Of a DNA stretch of 64,000 nucleotides, positions 53,395-64,000 are shown piece after piece. The translations under genes were made by a program, and so were the position numbers. The stretch lies in the NCBI RefSeq assembly GCF_988243305.1, contig NZ_OZ547136.1. One strand, given 5' to 3'. The first letter of the stretch is position 1; each line of letters begins with the position of its first letter. The notes under the pieces are model-generated. The model ran no database searches, was not told where the DNA came from, and saw nothing but the letters and a program-made list of their open reading frames with translations.

Positions 53395-54279
53395 ATGCCA
53401 TTCAGCAATTCTTCCCTCTCCGCGCAAGTGAAATCATATCTGACGTTTCTTCCTGAAGAAATTCGCCAGAAAATCCTTGAACATCTCCACGGTGTTATTC
53501 ATTACGAGCCCGTGATTGGCATTATGGGTAAATCCGGCACCGGCAAAAGCAGTCTGTGTAATGCCATTTTTCAGTCCCGTATCTGCGCCACGCATCCCCT
53601 GAACGGCTGCACCCGCCAGGCTCATCGCCTCACCCTGCAGATTGGTGAACGCAGAATGACGCTGGTCGATCTGCCCGGCATTGGTGAGACACCGCAGCAT
53701 GATCAGGAATACCGGGAGCTTTACCGTCAGTTACTGCCGGAACTGGATCTGATTATCTGGATCCTGCGGGCTGATGAACGTGCGTATGCTGCCGATATTG
53801 CCATGCATCAGTTTTTACTGAATGAAGGTGCAGATCCCTCGCGTTTTCTGTTTGTTCTCAGCCATGCCGATCGCGTGTTTCCTGCTGAAGAATGGAATGC
53901 CACAGAAAAATGCCCATCCCGTCACCAGGAACTCTCACTGGCAACTGTTACAGCCAGGGTGGCAACCCTGTTCCCGTCATCATTTCCGGTACTCCCCGTT
54001 GCTGCGCCTGTCGGCTGGAATCTTCCGGCGTTTGTGTCGCTGATGATCCACGCCCTGCCACCGCAGGCAACCAGTGCGGTTTATTCACATATCCGGGGGG
54101 AAAACCGCTCTGAACAGGCCCAGAAACACGCACAACAGACTTTTGGTGACGCCATCGGGAAAAGTTTTGACGACGCCGTTGCCCGGTTCACTTTTCCGGT
54201 CTGGATGTTACAGCTTCTGCGTAAAGCCCGGGACCGCATTATCCGCCTGCTAGAAACACTGTGGGATCGTCTGTTCTGA
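53395..54279 (+). CDS. YfjP/YkfA-family prophage GTPase
   Basis: 294-aa ORF with P-loop GKSGTGKSSLCNAIF and DLPGIGE switch region. Confidence 0.8.
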   Translation: MPFSNSSLSAQVKSYLTFLPEEIRQKILEHLHGVIHYEPVIGIMGKSGTGKSSLCNAIFQSRICATHPLNGCTRQAHRLTLQIGERRMTLVDLPGIGETPQHDQEYRELYRQLLPELDLIIWILRADERAYAADIAMHQFLLNEGADPSRFLFVLSHADRVFPAEEWNATEKCPSRHQELSLATVTARVATLFPSSFPVLPVAAPVGWNLPAFVSLMIHALPPQATSAVYSHIRGENRSEQAQKHAQQTFGDAIGKSFDDAVARFTFPVWMLQLLRKARDRIIRLLETLWDRLF

Positions 54280-54481
54280 CACACTCACGCCGACAGGATG
54301 TGTCGCTGGATTAATGAGTATTCTTCTTTTTATGAAATCATCATTAAAAATCAGATAATTAAAGGAATATTTTTTCTGCTGCATTTTATTCCTGATTATT
54401 CAGATACGACACATCCTTTCAACACCATGAGGCATAATAACATCATGAAATAAAAGATGTTTTCTTACGGAGTGCACATCT

Positions 54482-55162
54482 ATGTCTGATAATCGTTCCC
54501 GGCATGATCGCCTGGCGGTTCGCTTATCACTCATTATCAGCCGACTGATGGCCGGAGAATCTCTGTCACTAAAAACACTGTCAGATGAATTTGGCGTTAC
54601 AGAACGTACTTTACAGCGCGATTTTCATCAGCGTCTGGTTCACCTGGATTTAGAGTACAGAAATGGCAGGTACAGCCTCAGACGACAGAGCAGCCCAGGT
54701 GCGATCCCTGAAATGCTTTCTTTTATACAGAATACCGGGATCGCACGGATACTTCCGCTCCGGAACGGACGACTGATAACCTGTCTTACCGACAACCAGG
54801 AGCCCTCTCCCTGCCTTATCTGGCTACCGGCGCCGAATATCACTGCAACGTTCCCCGAGTGTTTCTCGCAACTCATCCTGGCAATAAGACAGTGTATCCA
54901 CATCTCTCTGATGACTGAGCGATGGTATCCGTCACTGGAGCCCTGCCGGCTCATTTATTACAGCGGTAGCTGGTATCTGATCGCGTTACAGAAGGGAAAA
55001 CTGCAGGTCTTTCCTCTGGCAGATATCAAATCAGTCAGCCTGACATCAGAACGGTTTGAACGGAGAGGCCACATCCACAGTCTGGTCGCTGAAGAGCGTT
55101 TTATCTCCGCCCTGCCACATTTCTCTTTCATCCATAAACTTATCAACACCTTTAACCTGTGA
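54482..55162 (+). CDS. YfjR-like transcriptional regulator (HTH plus WYL-type domain)
   Basis: 226-aa ORF; N-terminal HTH (LKTLSDEFGVTERTLQRD), C-terminal segment YYSGSWYLIA. Confidence 0.65.
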   Translation: MSDNRSRHDRLAVRLSLIISRLMAGESLSLKTLSDEFGVTERTLQRDFHQRLVHLDLEYRNGRYSLRRQSSPGAIPEMLSFIQNTGIARILPLRNGRLITCLTDNQEPSPCLIWLPAPNITATFPECFSQLILAIRQCIHISLMTERWYPSLEPCRLIYYSGSWYLIALQKGKLQVFPLADIKSVSLTSERFERRGHIHSLVAEERFISALPHFSFIHKLINTFNL

Positions 55163-55309
55163 TCGCCGGCCTGCCAAAGCCGTCCCGACAGGTATGGAGA
55201 CAATATGTTGAACAGAAAACTAAATATACGGCTACGTCATTCCCTGAACAGTCACTGCATACCTTCCATCATTATCAATAACACCGTACGTTCATTTCAG
55301 AGGTCAGTC

Positions 55310-55987
55310 ATGAATACCAGAGCTCTTTTTCCCCTGCTGTTCACTGTGGCATCATTCTCCGCCTCCGCCGGCAACTGGGCTGTCAAAAACGGCTGGTGTC
55401 AGACCATGACGGAAGATGGTCAGGCGCTGGTAATGCTGAAAAATGGCACGATTGGTATTACCGGCCTGATGCAGGGATGCCCGAATGGCGTACAGACGCT
55501 CCTGGGCAGCCGTATCAGTATTAACGGTAACCTGATCCCCACATCACAAATGTGTAATCAGCAGACGGGATTCAGGGCTGTTGAGGTGGAAATCGGACAG
55601 GCGCCGGAAATGGTCAAAAAAGCCGTTCACTCCATAGCAGAGCGTGATGTGTCCGTTTTACAGGCATTTGGTGTACGAATGGAATTCACCCGCGGTGATA
55701 TGCTGAAGGTCTGTCCGAAATTTGTCACATCACTTGCCGGTTTTTCCCCGAAACAGACGACCACTATTAATAAAGACTCCGTCCTGCAGGCTGCCCGGCA
55801 GGCATACGCCCGGGAATATGACGAGGAAACAACAGAAACCGCTGATTTTGGCTCTTACGAAGTAAAAGGCAATAAGGTTGAGTTTGAAGTATTCAATCCT
55901 GAAGACCGTGCGTACGACAAAGTGACCGTCACGGTTGGTGCTGACGGTAATGCCACCAGTGCCAGCGTTGAATTTATCGGAAAATAG
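55310..55987 (+). CDS. Secreted/periplasmic prophage protein with signal peptide (YafY/YfjT-like position)
   Basis: Start at ATG 55310 ([21 protein letters not shown]); RBS GAGGTCAG. Confidence 0.6.
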   Translation: MNTRALFPLLFTVASFSASAGNWAVKNGWCQTMTEDGQALVMLKNGTIGITGLMQGCPNGVQTLLGSRISINGNLIPTSQMCNQQTGFRAVEVEIGQAPEMVKKAVHSIAERDVSVLQAFGVRMEFTRGDMLKVCPKFVTSLAGFSPKQTTTINKDSVLQAARQAYAREYDEETTETADFGSYEVKGNKVEFEVFNPEDRAYDKVTVTVGADGNATSASVEFIGK

Positions 55988-55992
55988 CCGGT

Positions 55993-56226
55993 ATGTCGGA
56001 CTGTCACCCTGTTTTATTGCCCGAAGGCCCTTTCTCACGCAAACAGGCAATGGCTGCCACAACAGCTTACCGCAATGTGCTTATTGAAGATGACCATGGA
56101 ACGCATTTCCTGCTGGTTATCCGCAATGCCGAAGGGCAGCTACGCTGGCGGTGCTGGAATTTTGAGTCTGACGCCGGAAAACAGCTAAATTCGTACCTCG
56201 CCAGTGAGGGAATTCTCAGGCAATAA
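55993..56226 (+). CDS. Small hypothetical prophage protein (77 aa)
   Basis: ORF tightly following previous gene; no domain recognised. Confidence 0.35.
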   Translation: MSDCHPVLLPEGPFSRKQAMAATTAYRNVLIEDDHGTHFLLVIRNAEGQLRWRCWNFESDAGKQLNSYLASEGILRQ

Positions 56227-56315
56227 ACGTCTTCATTTCATCCATCAGGCCGCGTCTTCTCCGGGAGACGCGGCCTTTTCGTTTATACCGCTAATTCATT
56301 CATAAGGAGCAAAGT

Positions 56316-57134
56316 ATGCAATTAGCCAGTCGTTTTGGTCATGTAAATCAGATCCGTCGGGAGCGCCCACTGACACGCGAAGAACTGATGTACCACGTCC
56401 CGAGTATTTTTGGAGAAGACCGGCACACCTCCCGCAGTGAACGGTATGCGTACATTCCCACCATCACCGTCCTGGAAAATCTGCAGCGGGAAGGCTTTCA
56501 GCCGTTCTTCGCCTGCCAGACCCGTGTGCGCGACCAGAGCCGCCGGGAATATACCAAACATATGCTGCGTCTGCGGCGGGCCGGACAGATAACCGGTCAG
56601 CATGTGCCTGAAATTATTCTGCTCAACTCCCATGACGGTTCATCCAGCTACCAGATGTTACCCGGATATTTTCGTGCCATTTGTACCAATGGCCTGGTCT
56701 GCGGTCAGTCGCTGGGAGAAGTCCGGGTGCCACACCGGGGAAACGTGGTGGACAGGGTCATAGAAGGTGCTTACGAAGTGGTGGGCGTGTTTGACCGGAT
56801 TGAGGAAAAGCGTGATGCCATGCAGTCGCTGGTCCTGCCGCCACCGGCACGCCAGGCGCTGGCACAGGCGGCGCTGACTTACCGTTATGGTGATGAACAT
56901 CAGCCCGTCACCACTACCGACATTCTGACGCCACGACGCCGGGAGGATTACGGTAAGGACCTGTGGAGTACTTATCAGACCATCCAGGAGAATATGCTGA
57001 AAGGCGGAATTTCCGGTCGCAGTGCCAGAGGAAAACGTATCCACACCCGTGCCATTCACAGCATCGACACCGACATTAAGCTCAATCGCGCATTGTGGGT
57101 GATGGCAGAAACGCTACTGGAGAGCCTGCGCTGA
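56316..57134 (+). CDS. YafZ/YfjQ-family prophage protein
   Basis: 272-aa ORF with strong similarity to K-12 YfjQ/YafZ as recalled (RRERPLT, EIILLNSHDGSSSYQMLPG, ICTNGLVCG). Confidence 0.6.
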   Translation: MQLASRFGHVNQIRRERPLTREELMYHVPSIFGEDRHTSRSERYAYIPTITVLENLQREGFQPFFACQTRVRDQSRREYTKHMLRLRRAGQITGQHVPEIILLNSHDGSSSYQMLPGYFRAICTNGLVCGQSLGEVRVPHRGNVVDRVIEGAYEVVGVFDRIEEKRDAMQSLVLPPPARQALAQAALTYRYGDEHQPVTTTDILTPRRREDYGKDLWSTYQTIQENMLKGGISGRSARGKRIHTRAIHSIDTDIKLNRALWVMAETLLESLR

Positions 57135-57399
57135 TGCAATCTGTCCCTGAAGGCGTGATTCAGGCACCAGAATCACCCGACGCCCCGGAGAACTCAGTCT
57201 GTGCAGACTGAGTACAGGCAATGGCATCTTCTGGCCATCCGTCTGTGACCGGAACGGTTACGCGTACGGCTGTCCGGAATTTCAGCCGAATATCATTCAT
57301 CCCTGATATTGCCGGGTCTCACGGTCAGTGATGAACGTGATGTTGTCAGCCCCCGGCCTTTATTTCCTCTCATTTATACACATTGTAAGGATTTCACTC

Positions 57400-57879
57400 A
57401 TGAAAATCGTTTCTCAGAACACAACTGCTCTTTCTTCAGCCACAGCACCAGGGAATAACCAGCCCCAACTGGTTGCTACTCCCGTCCCTGATGAACAACG
57501 TATCAGCTTCTGGCCGCAGCATTTTGGCCTCATTCCACAGTGGGTGACCCTGGAGCCCCGTGTCTTCGGCTGGATGGACCGTCTGTGTGAAGACTACTGC
57601 GGTGGTATCTGGAATCTGTACACCCTGAACAACGGCGGGGCATTTATGGCACCCGAACCGGATGACGATGATGACGAAACATGGGTACTGTTCAATGCCA
57701 TGAACGGTAACCGCGCTGAAATGAGTCCGGAAGCTGCCGGCATTGCTGCCTGTCTGATGACGTACAGTCATCATGCCTGTCGTACGGAGTGTTATGCCAT
57801 GACGGTCCATTATTACCGGCTGCGGGATTACGCCCTGCAGCATCCGGAATGCAGCGCCATTATGCGCATCATCGACTGA
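57400..57879 (+). CDS. Antirestriction protein (YfjX/YafX family)
   Basis: Start at ATG 57400; acidic stretch EPDDDDDE; typical CP4-type position. Confidence 0.7.
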   Translation: MKIVSQNTTALSSATAPGNNQPQLVATPVPDEQRISFWPQHFGLIPQWVTLEPRVFGWMDRLCEDYCGGIWNLYTLNNGGAFMAPEPDDDDDETWVLFNAMNGNRAEMSPEAAGIAACLMTYSHHACRTECYAMTVHYYRLRDYALQHPECSAIMRIID

Positions 57880-57894
57880 ATGGAGAGAAGTACA

Positions 57895-58371
57895 ATGCAA
57901 CAGCTTTCCTTTCTGCCCGGAGAGATGACGCCCGGCGAGCGCAGCCTCATTCAACGGGCCCTGAAAACCCTGGACCGCCATCTTCATGAACCCGGCGTGG
58001 CCTTCACCTCCACCCGTGCGGCACGAGAATGGCTGATTCTGAACATGGCGGGACTGGAGCGTGAAGAGTTCCGGGTGCTGTATCTGAACAACCAGAATCA
58101 GCTGATTGCCGGTGAAACCCTCTTCACCGGCACCATCAACCGCACGGAAGTCCATCCCCGTGAAGTGATTAAACGCGCCCTGTATCACAATGCCGCTGCT
58201 GTGGTGCTGGCACACAATCACCCGTCCGGTGAAGTCACACCCAGCAAGGCAGACCGCCTTATCACGGAACGTCTGGTACAGGCACTGGGCCTGGTGGATA
58301 TCCGGGTGCCGGACCATCTGATAGTCGGTGGCAGCCAGGTTTTCTCCTTTGCCGAACATGGTCTGCTTTAA
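57895..58371 (+). CDS. RadC-like JAB-domain protein (YeeS/YfjY/YkfG family)
   Basis: JAMM-like motif HNHPSGEVTPSKAD; RBS GGAGAGAAG before ATG 57895. Confidence 0.8.
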   Translation: MQQLSFLPGEMTPGERSLIQRALKTLDRHLHEPGVAFTSTRAAREWLILNMAGLEREEFRVLYLNNQNQLIAGETLFTGTINRTEVHPREVIKRALYHNAAAVVLAHNHPSGEVTPSKADRLITERLVQALGLVDIRVPDHLIVGGSQVFSFAEHGLL

Positions 58372-58433
58372 CCCGTCACAACCACATCACACCTGTTTTC
58401 ACTTTTATCTTCTGTCTTCAGAGGTATCCCACC

Positions 58434-58655
58434 ATGAAAATCATCACCCGTGGCGAAGCCATACATATTCACCGTCAGCATCCGGCATCCCGTCTTTTTC
58501 CGTTCTGTACCGGCAAATACCGCTGGCACGGCAGTGCTGAAGCGTATACCGGTCGTGAAGTGCAGGATATTCCCGGTGTGCTGGCCGTGTTTGCAGAACG
58601 CCGTAAGGACAGTTTTGGTCCGTATGTCCGGCTGATGAGCGTCACCCTGAACTGA
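58434..58655 (+). CDS. DUF987-type small protein (YeeT/YpjJ/YkfH family)
   Basis: 73-aa ORF in canonical position between RadC-like and antitoxin genes. Confidence 0.55.
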   Translation: MKIITRGEAIHIHRQHPASRLFPFCTGKYRWHGSAEAYTGREVQDIPGVLAVFAERRKDSFGPYVRLMSVTLN

Positions 58656-58817
58656 TGTTCCGTCACCCGGAAAACGAGTACGACTGGCTGAGCTCAGACG
58701 CCGCTGTGGATGAGGTCCTGCTCATCAACGAATACACCTTTACCGAAGCCGGTCTGCGCGCCGGCTGACCCGTCATCGTTAAACTATCATTCACCGATTT
58801 TCTGTGAGGATTTTATC

Positions 58818-59186
58818 GTGTCAGACACACTTTCCGGGACAACGCATCCCGATGACAATGACGACCATCCCTGGTGGGGACTACCCTGCACAGTGACGCC
58901 CTGTTTCGGCGCCCGTCTGGTGCAGGAGGGTAACCGGTTGCATTACCTTGCCGACCGTGCCGGTATCAGAGGCCGGTTCAGAGATGCGGATGCGTACCCT
59001 CTGGACCAGGCCTTTCCGCTGCTGATGAAACAACTGGAATTAATGCTCACCAGTGGTGAACTGAATCCCCGCCATCAGCATACCGTGACACTGTATGCGA
59101 AGGGGCTGACCTGTGAAGCCGACACCCTCGGCTCCTGTGGTTACGTTTATCTGGCTGTTTATCCGACACCTGAAACGAAAAAGTAA
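58818..59186 (+). CDS. Type IV toxin-antitoxin antitoxin, CbeA/YeeU/YfjZ family
   Basis: GTG start; sequence SDTL.GTT.PDDN...[33 protein letters not shown] closely matches YeeU-family antitoxins as recalled. Confidence 0.8.
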   Translation: MSDTLSGTTHPDDNDDHPWWGLPCTVTPCFGARLVQEGNRLHYLADRAGIRGRFRDADAYPLDQAFPLLMKQLELMLTSGELNPRHQHTVTLYAKGLTCEADTLGSCGYVYLAVYPTPETKK

Positions 59187-59275
59187 ACCACCGGAATAAC
59201 CTTCTGCTCCGGCCTGGTGTTTTCACCACGCCACTGTCCCATTTTTTATCTCTGCATATCAGGAAAATCTTCAGT

Positions 59276-59597
59276 ATGAAAACATTACCCGACACGCATG
59301 TACGGGAGGTATCGTGCTGCCCGTCTCCCGTCACCATCTGGCAGACACTGCTCACCCGGTTACTGGACCAGCATTACAGCCTTACGCTGAATGACACACC
59401 GTTCGCCGATGAACGTGTGATTGAGCAGCATATTGAGGCAGGTATTGCACTGTGTGATGCGGTGAACTTTCTCGTGGAAAAATACGCACTGGTACGAACC
59501 GACCAGCCGGGATTCAGCGCAGGAACTTCGTCGCAGTTAATCAACAGCATTGATATTCTCCGGGCACGCCGGGCAACAGGTCTGATGACCCGCAGCA
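59276..59597 (+). pseudogene. CbtA/YeeV/YpjF-family toxin gene, 3'-truncated by IS10 insertion
   Basis: MKTLP...[29 protein letters not shown] matches CbtA family; reading frame runs into IS10 outside end at 59598. Confidence 0.75.
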
Positions 59598-60926
59598 CTG
59601 ATGAATCCCCTAATGATTTTTATCAAAATCATTAAGTTAAGGTAGATACACATCTTGTCATATGATCAAATGGTTTCGCCAAAAATCAATAATCAGACAA
59701 CAAGATGTGCGAACTCGATATTTTACACGACTCTCTTTACCAATTCTGCCCCGAATTACACTTAAAACGACTCAACAGCTTAACGTTGGCTTGCCACGCA
59801 TTACTTGACTGTAAAACTCTCACTCTTACCGAACTTGGCCGTAACCTGCCAACCAAAGCGAGAACAAAACATAACATCAAACGAATCGACCGATTGTTAG
59901 GTAATCGTCACCTCCACAAAGAGCGACTCGCTGTATACCGTTGGCATGCTAGCTTTATCTGTTCGGGCAATACGATGCCCATTGTACTTGTTGACTGGTC
60001 TGATATTCGTGAGCAAAAACGACTTATGGTATTGCGAGCTTCAGTCGCACTACACGGTCGTTCTGTTACTCTTTATGAGAAAGCGTTCCCGCTTTCAGAG
60101 CAATGTTCAAAGAAAGCTCATGACCAATTTCTAGCCGACCTTGCGAGCATTCTACCGAGTAACACCACACCGCTCATTGTCAGTGATGCTGGCTTTAAAG
60201 TGCCATGGTATAAATCCGTTGAGAAGCTGGGTTGGTACTGGTTAAGTCGAGTAAGAGGAAAAGTACAATATGCAGACCTAGGAGCGGAAAACTGGAAACC
60301 TATCAGCAACTTACATGATATGTCATCTAGTCACTCAAAGACTTTAGGCTATAAGAGGCTGACTAAAAGCAATCCAATCTCATGCCAAATTCTATTGTAT
60401 AAATCTCGCTCTAAAGGCCGAAAAAATCAGCGCTCGACACGGACTCATTGTCACCACCCGTCACCTAAAATCTACTCAGCGTCGGCAAAGGAGCCATGGG
60501 TTCTAGCAACTAACTTACCTGTTGAAATTCGAACACCCAAACAACTTGTTAATATCTATTCGAAGCGAATGCAGATTGAAGAAACCTTCCGAGACTTGAA
60601 AAGTCCTGCCTACGGACTAGGCCTACGCCATAGCCGAACGAGCAGCTCAGAGCGTTTTGATATCATGCTGCTAATCGCCCTGATGCTTCAACTAACATGT
60701 TGGCTTGCGGGCGTTCATGCTCAGAAACAAGGTTGGGACAAGCACTTCCAGGCTAACACAGTCAGAAATCGAAACGTACTCTCAACAGTTCGCTTAGGCA
60801 TGGAAGTTTTGCGGCATTCTGGCTACACAATAACAAGGGAAGACTTACTCGTGGCTGCAACCCTACTAGCTCAAAATTTATTCACACATGGTTACGCTTT
60901 GGGGAAATTATGAGGGGATCTCCTTA
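59598..60926 (+). mobile_element. IS10 (Tn10 flanking copy), outside end at 59598
   Basis: Outside-end sequence CTGATGAATCCCCTAATGATTTTTATCAAAATCATTAAG; 1329-bp span; inner terminus reads GGGGATCTCC rather than the inside end as I recall it. Confidence 0.85.
59705..60913 (+). CDS. IS10 transposase
   Basis: 402-aa ORF matching IS10 transposase (MCELDILHDSLYQFCPELHLKRLNSL...). Confidence 0.9.
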   Translation: MCELDILHDSLYQFCPELHLKRLNSLTLACHALLDCKTLTLTELGRNLPTKARTKHNIKRIDRLLGNRHLHKERLAVYRWHASFICSGNTMPIVLVDWSDIREQKRLMVLRASVALHGRSVTLYEKAFPLSEQCSKKAHDQFLADLASILPSNTTPLIVSDAGFKVPWYKSVEKLGWYWLSRVRGKVQYADLGAENWKPISNLHDMSSSHSKTLGYKRLTKSNPISCQILLYKSRSKGRKNQRSTRTHCHHPSPKIYSASAKEPWVLATNLPVEIRTPKQLVNIYSKRMQIEETFRDLKSPAYGLGLRHSRTSSSERFDIMLLIALMLQLTCWLAGVHAQKQGWDKHFQANTVRNRNVLSTVRLGMEVLRHSGYTITREDLLVAATLLAQNLFTHGYALGKL

Positions 60927-61926
<1,000 letters not shown>

Positions 61927-61941
61927 CTAATTTTTGTTGAC

Positions 61942-61990
61942 ACTCTATCATTGATAGAGTTATTTTACCACTCCCTATCAGTGATAGAGA
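61942..61990. promoter_or_regulatory. tet operators in divergent tetR-tetA promoter region
   Basis: Palindromes ACTCTATCATTGATAGAGT and TCCCTATCAGTGATAGAGA between tetR and tetA starts. Confidence 0.9.
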
Positions 61991-61998
61991 AAAGTGAA

Positions 61999-63204
61999 AT
62001 GAATAGTTCGACAAAGATCGCATTGGTAATTACGTTACTCGATGCCATGGGGATTGGCCTTATCATGCCAGTCTTGCCAACGTTATTACGTGAATTTATT
62101 GCTTCGGAAGATATCGCTAACCACTTTGGCGTATTGCTTGCACTTTATGCGTTAATGCAGGTTATCTTTGCTCCTTGGCTTGGAAAAATGTCTGACCGAT
62201 TTGGTCGGCGCCCAGTGCTGTTGTTGTCATTAATAGGCGCATCGCTGGATTACTTATTGCTGGCTTTTTCAAGTGCGCTTTGGATGCTGTATTTAGGCCG
62301 TTTGCTTTCAGGGATCACAGGAGCTACTGGGGCTGTCGCGGCATCGGTCATTGCCGATACCACCTCAGCTTCTCAACGCGTGAAGTGGTTCGGTTGGTTA
62401 GGGGCAAGTTTTGGGCTTGGTTTAATAGCGGGGCCTATTATTGGTGGTTTTGCAGGAGAGATTTCACCGCATAGTCCCTTTTTTATCGCTGCGTTGCTAA
62501 ATATTGTCGCTTTCCTTGTGGTTATGTTTTGGTTCCGTGAAACCAAAAATACACGTGATAATACAGATACCGAAGTAGGGGTTGAGACGCAATCGAATTC
62601 GGTATACATCACTTTATTTAAAACGATGCCCATTTTGTTGATTATTTATTTTTCAGCGCAATTGATAGGCCAAATTCCCGCAACGGTGTGGGTGCTATTT
62701 ACCGAAAATCGTTTTGGATGGAATAGCATGATGGTTGGCTTTTCATTAGCGGGTCTTGGTCTTTTACACTCAGTATTCCAAGCCTTTGTGGCAGGAAGAA
62801 TAGCCACTAAATGGGGCGAAAAAACGGCAGTACTGCTCGGATTTATTGCAGATAGTAGTGCATTTGCCTTTTTAGCGTTTATATCTGAAGGTTGGTTAGT
62901 TTTCCCTGTTTTAATTTTATTGGCTGGTGGTGGGATCGCTTTACCTGCATTACAGGGAGTGATGTCTATCCAAACAAAGAGTCATCAGCAAGGTGCTTTA
63001 CAGGGATTATTGGTGAGCCTTACCAATGCAACCGGTGTTATTGGCCCATTACTGTTTGCTGTTATTTATAATCATTCACTACCAATTTGGGATGGCTGGA
63101 TTTGGATTATTGGTTTAGCGTTTTACTGTATTATTATCCTGCTATCGATGACCTTCATGTTAACCCCTCAAGCTCAGGGGAGTAAACAGGAGACAAGTGC
63201 TTAG
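61999..63204 (+). CDS. tetA: Tetracycline efflux MFS transporter TetA class B
   Basis: 401-aa ORF starting MNSSTKIALVITLLDAMGIGLIMPVLPTLL; matches TetA(B). Confidence 0.95.
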   Translation: MNSSTKIALVITLLDAMGIGLIMPVLPTLLREFIASEDIANHFGVLLALYALMQVIFAPWLGKMSDRFGRRPVLLLSLIGASLDYLLLAFSSALWMLYLGRLLSGITGATGAVAASVIADTTSASQRVKWFGWLGASFGLGLIAGPIIGGFAGEISPHSPFFIAALLNIVAFLVVMFWFRETKNTRDNTDTEVGVETQSNSVYITLFKTMPILLIIYFSAQLIGQIPATVWVLFTENRFGWNSMMVGFSLAGLGLLHSVFQAFVAGRIATKWGEKTAVLLGFIADSSAFAFLAFISEGWLVFPVLILLAGGGIALPALQGVMSIQTKSHQQGALQGLLVSLTNATGVIGPLLFAVIYNHSLPIWDGWIWIIGLAFYCIIILLSMTFMLTPQAQGSKQETSA

Positions 63205-63316
63205 TTATTTCGTCACCAAATGATGTTATTCCGCGAAATATAATGACCCTCTTGATAACCCAAGAGGGCATTTTTTACGATAAAGAAGATTTAGCTTCAA
63301 ATAAAACCTATCTATT

Positions 63317-63910
63317 TTATTTATCTTTCAAGCTCAATAAAAAGCCGCGGTAAATAGCAATAAATTGGCCTTTTTTATCGGCAAGCTCTTTTAGGTTTTT
63401 CGCATGTATTGCGATATGCATAAACCAGCCATTGAGTAAGTTTTTAAGCACATCATCATCATAAGCTTTAAGTTGGTTCTCTTGGATCAATTTGCTGACA
63501 ATGGCGTTTACCTTACCAGTAATGTATTCAAGGCTAATTTTTTCAAGTTCATTCCAACCAATGATAGGCATCACTTCTTGGATAGGGATAAGGTTTTTAT
63601 TATTATCAATAATATAATCAAGATAATGTTCAAATATACTTTCTAAGGCAGACCAACCATTTGTTAAATCAGTTTTTGTTGTGATGTAGGCATCAATCAT
63701 AATTAATTGCTGCTTATAACAGGCACTGAGTAATTGTTTTTTATTTTTAAAGTGATGATAAAAGGCACCTTTGGTCACCAACGCTTTTCCCGAGATCTCA
63801 TCTATTGAAACAGCTTGATAGCCTTTTTCAACAAACAATATTCGTGCTGAGTTAACCAGTGATTGATAGGTACTCTTAAAATTTTCTTGTTGATGATTTT
63901 TATTTTCCAT
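63317..63910 (-). CDS. tetC: Tn10 TetC (TetR-family regulator)
   Basis: 197-aa ORF from MENKNHQQ; position and orientation downstream of tetA as in Tn10. Confidence 0.8.
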   Translation of the reverse strand: MENKNHQQENFKSTYQSLVNSARILFVEKGYQAVSIDEISGKALVTKGAFYHHFKNKKQLLSACYKQQLIMIDAYITTKTDLTNGWSALESIFEHYLDYIIDNNKNLIPIQEVMPIIGWNELEKISLEYITGKVNAIVSKLIQENQLKAYDDDVLKNLLNGWFMHIAIHAKNLKELADKKGQFIAIYRGFLLSLKDK

Positions 63911-64000
63911 GATAGATTTAAAATAACATACCGTCAGTATGTTTATGGTATCATGATGATGTGGTCGTGACAATCTTAAGAACATTTAGGTTATTTTATG

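Overview
Mosaic accessory region of an enterobacterial (Escherichia/Shigella-like) genome, annotated by eye from the six-frame track and motif recognition; no searches were run, so all family calls are from memory. Left to right: (1) a defense-type island with a three-gene TerB-domain protein / P-loop ATPase / DEAD-box helicase operon (Shango-like, 464-6288), a converging five-gene operon built around a PAPS-reductase-like and a ParB-like gene (IbrA/IbrB- or YbdN/YbdM-like, 6336-9592), an orphan split VasL-like (ImpA_N) T6SS gene, and a NERD + UvrD-like helicase; (2) an IS3-family remnant and degenerate ORFs; (3) a ~20 kb glycyl-radical-enzyme bacterial microcompartment (GRM) locus (16527-36881) with alcohol and aldehyde dehydrogenases, PduL, EutJ-like, acetate kinase, five shell proteins, GRE plus activase, a PocR-sensor two-component system, a dedicated MetK paralog, and a degenerate group II intron inserted after a terminator; (4) a TetR-family regulator, a MarA-like pseudogene and RND pump remnants cut by an IS2 fragment; (5) a CP4-57/CP4-6-like cryptic prophage module (AlpA, three YfjJ/YagK paralogs, a psuKGT/yeiI-like cluster, an AT-rich orphan 407-aa protein, YfjP-like GTPase, WYL regulator, antirestriction, RadC-like, CbeA/CbtA-type toxin-antitoxin); (6) a Tn10-derived tetracycline resistance determinant (IS10, tetR, tetA(B), tetC) inserted into the toxin gene and running off the window end. 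No rRNA, tRNA or CRISPR array was recognised. The best candidates for something uncharacterised are the ParB/PAPS-reductase five-gene operon bracketed by a 26-nt direct repeat, and the AT-rich Cys-rich 407-aa orphan in the prophage cargo slot.
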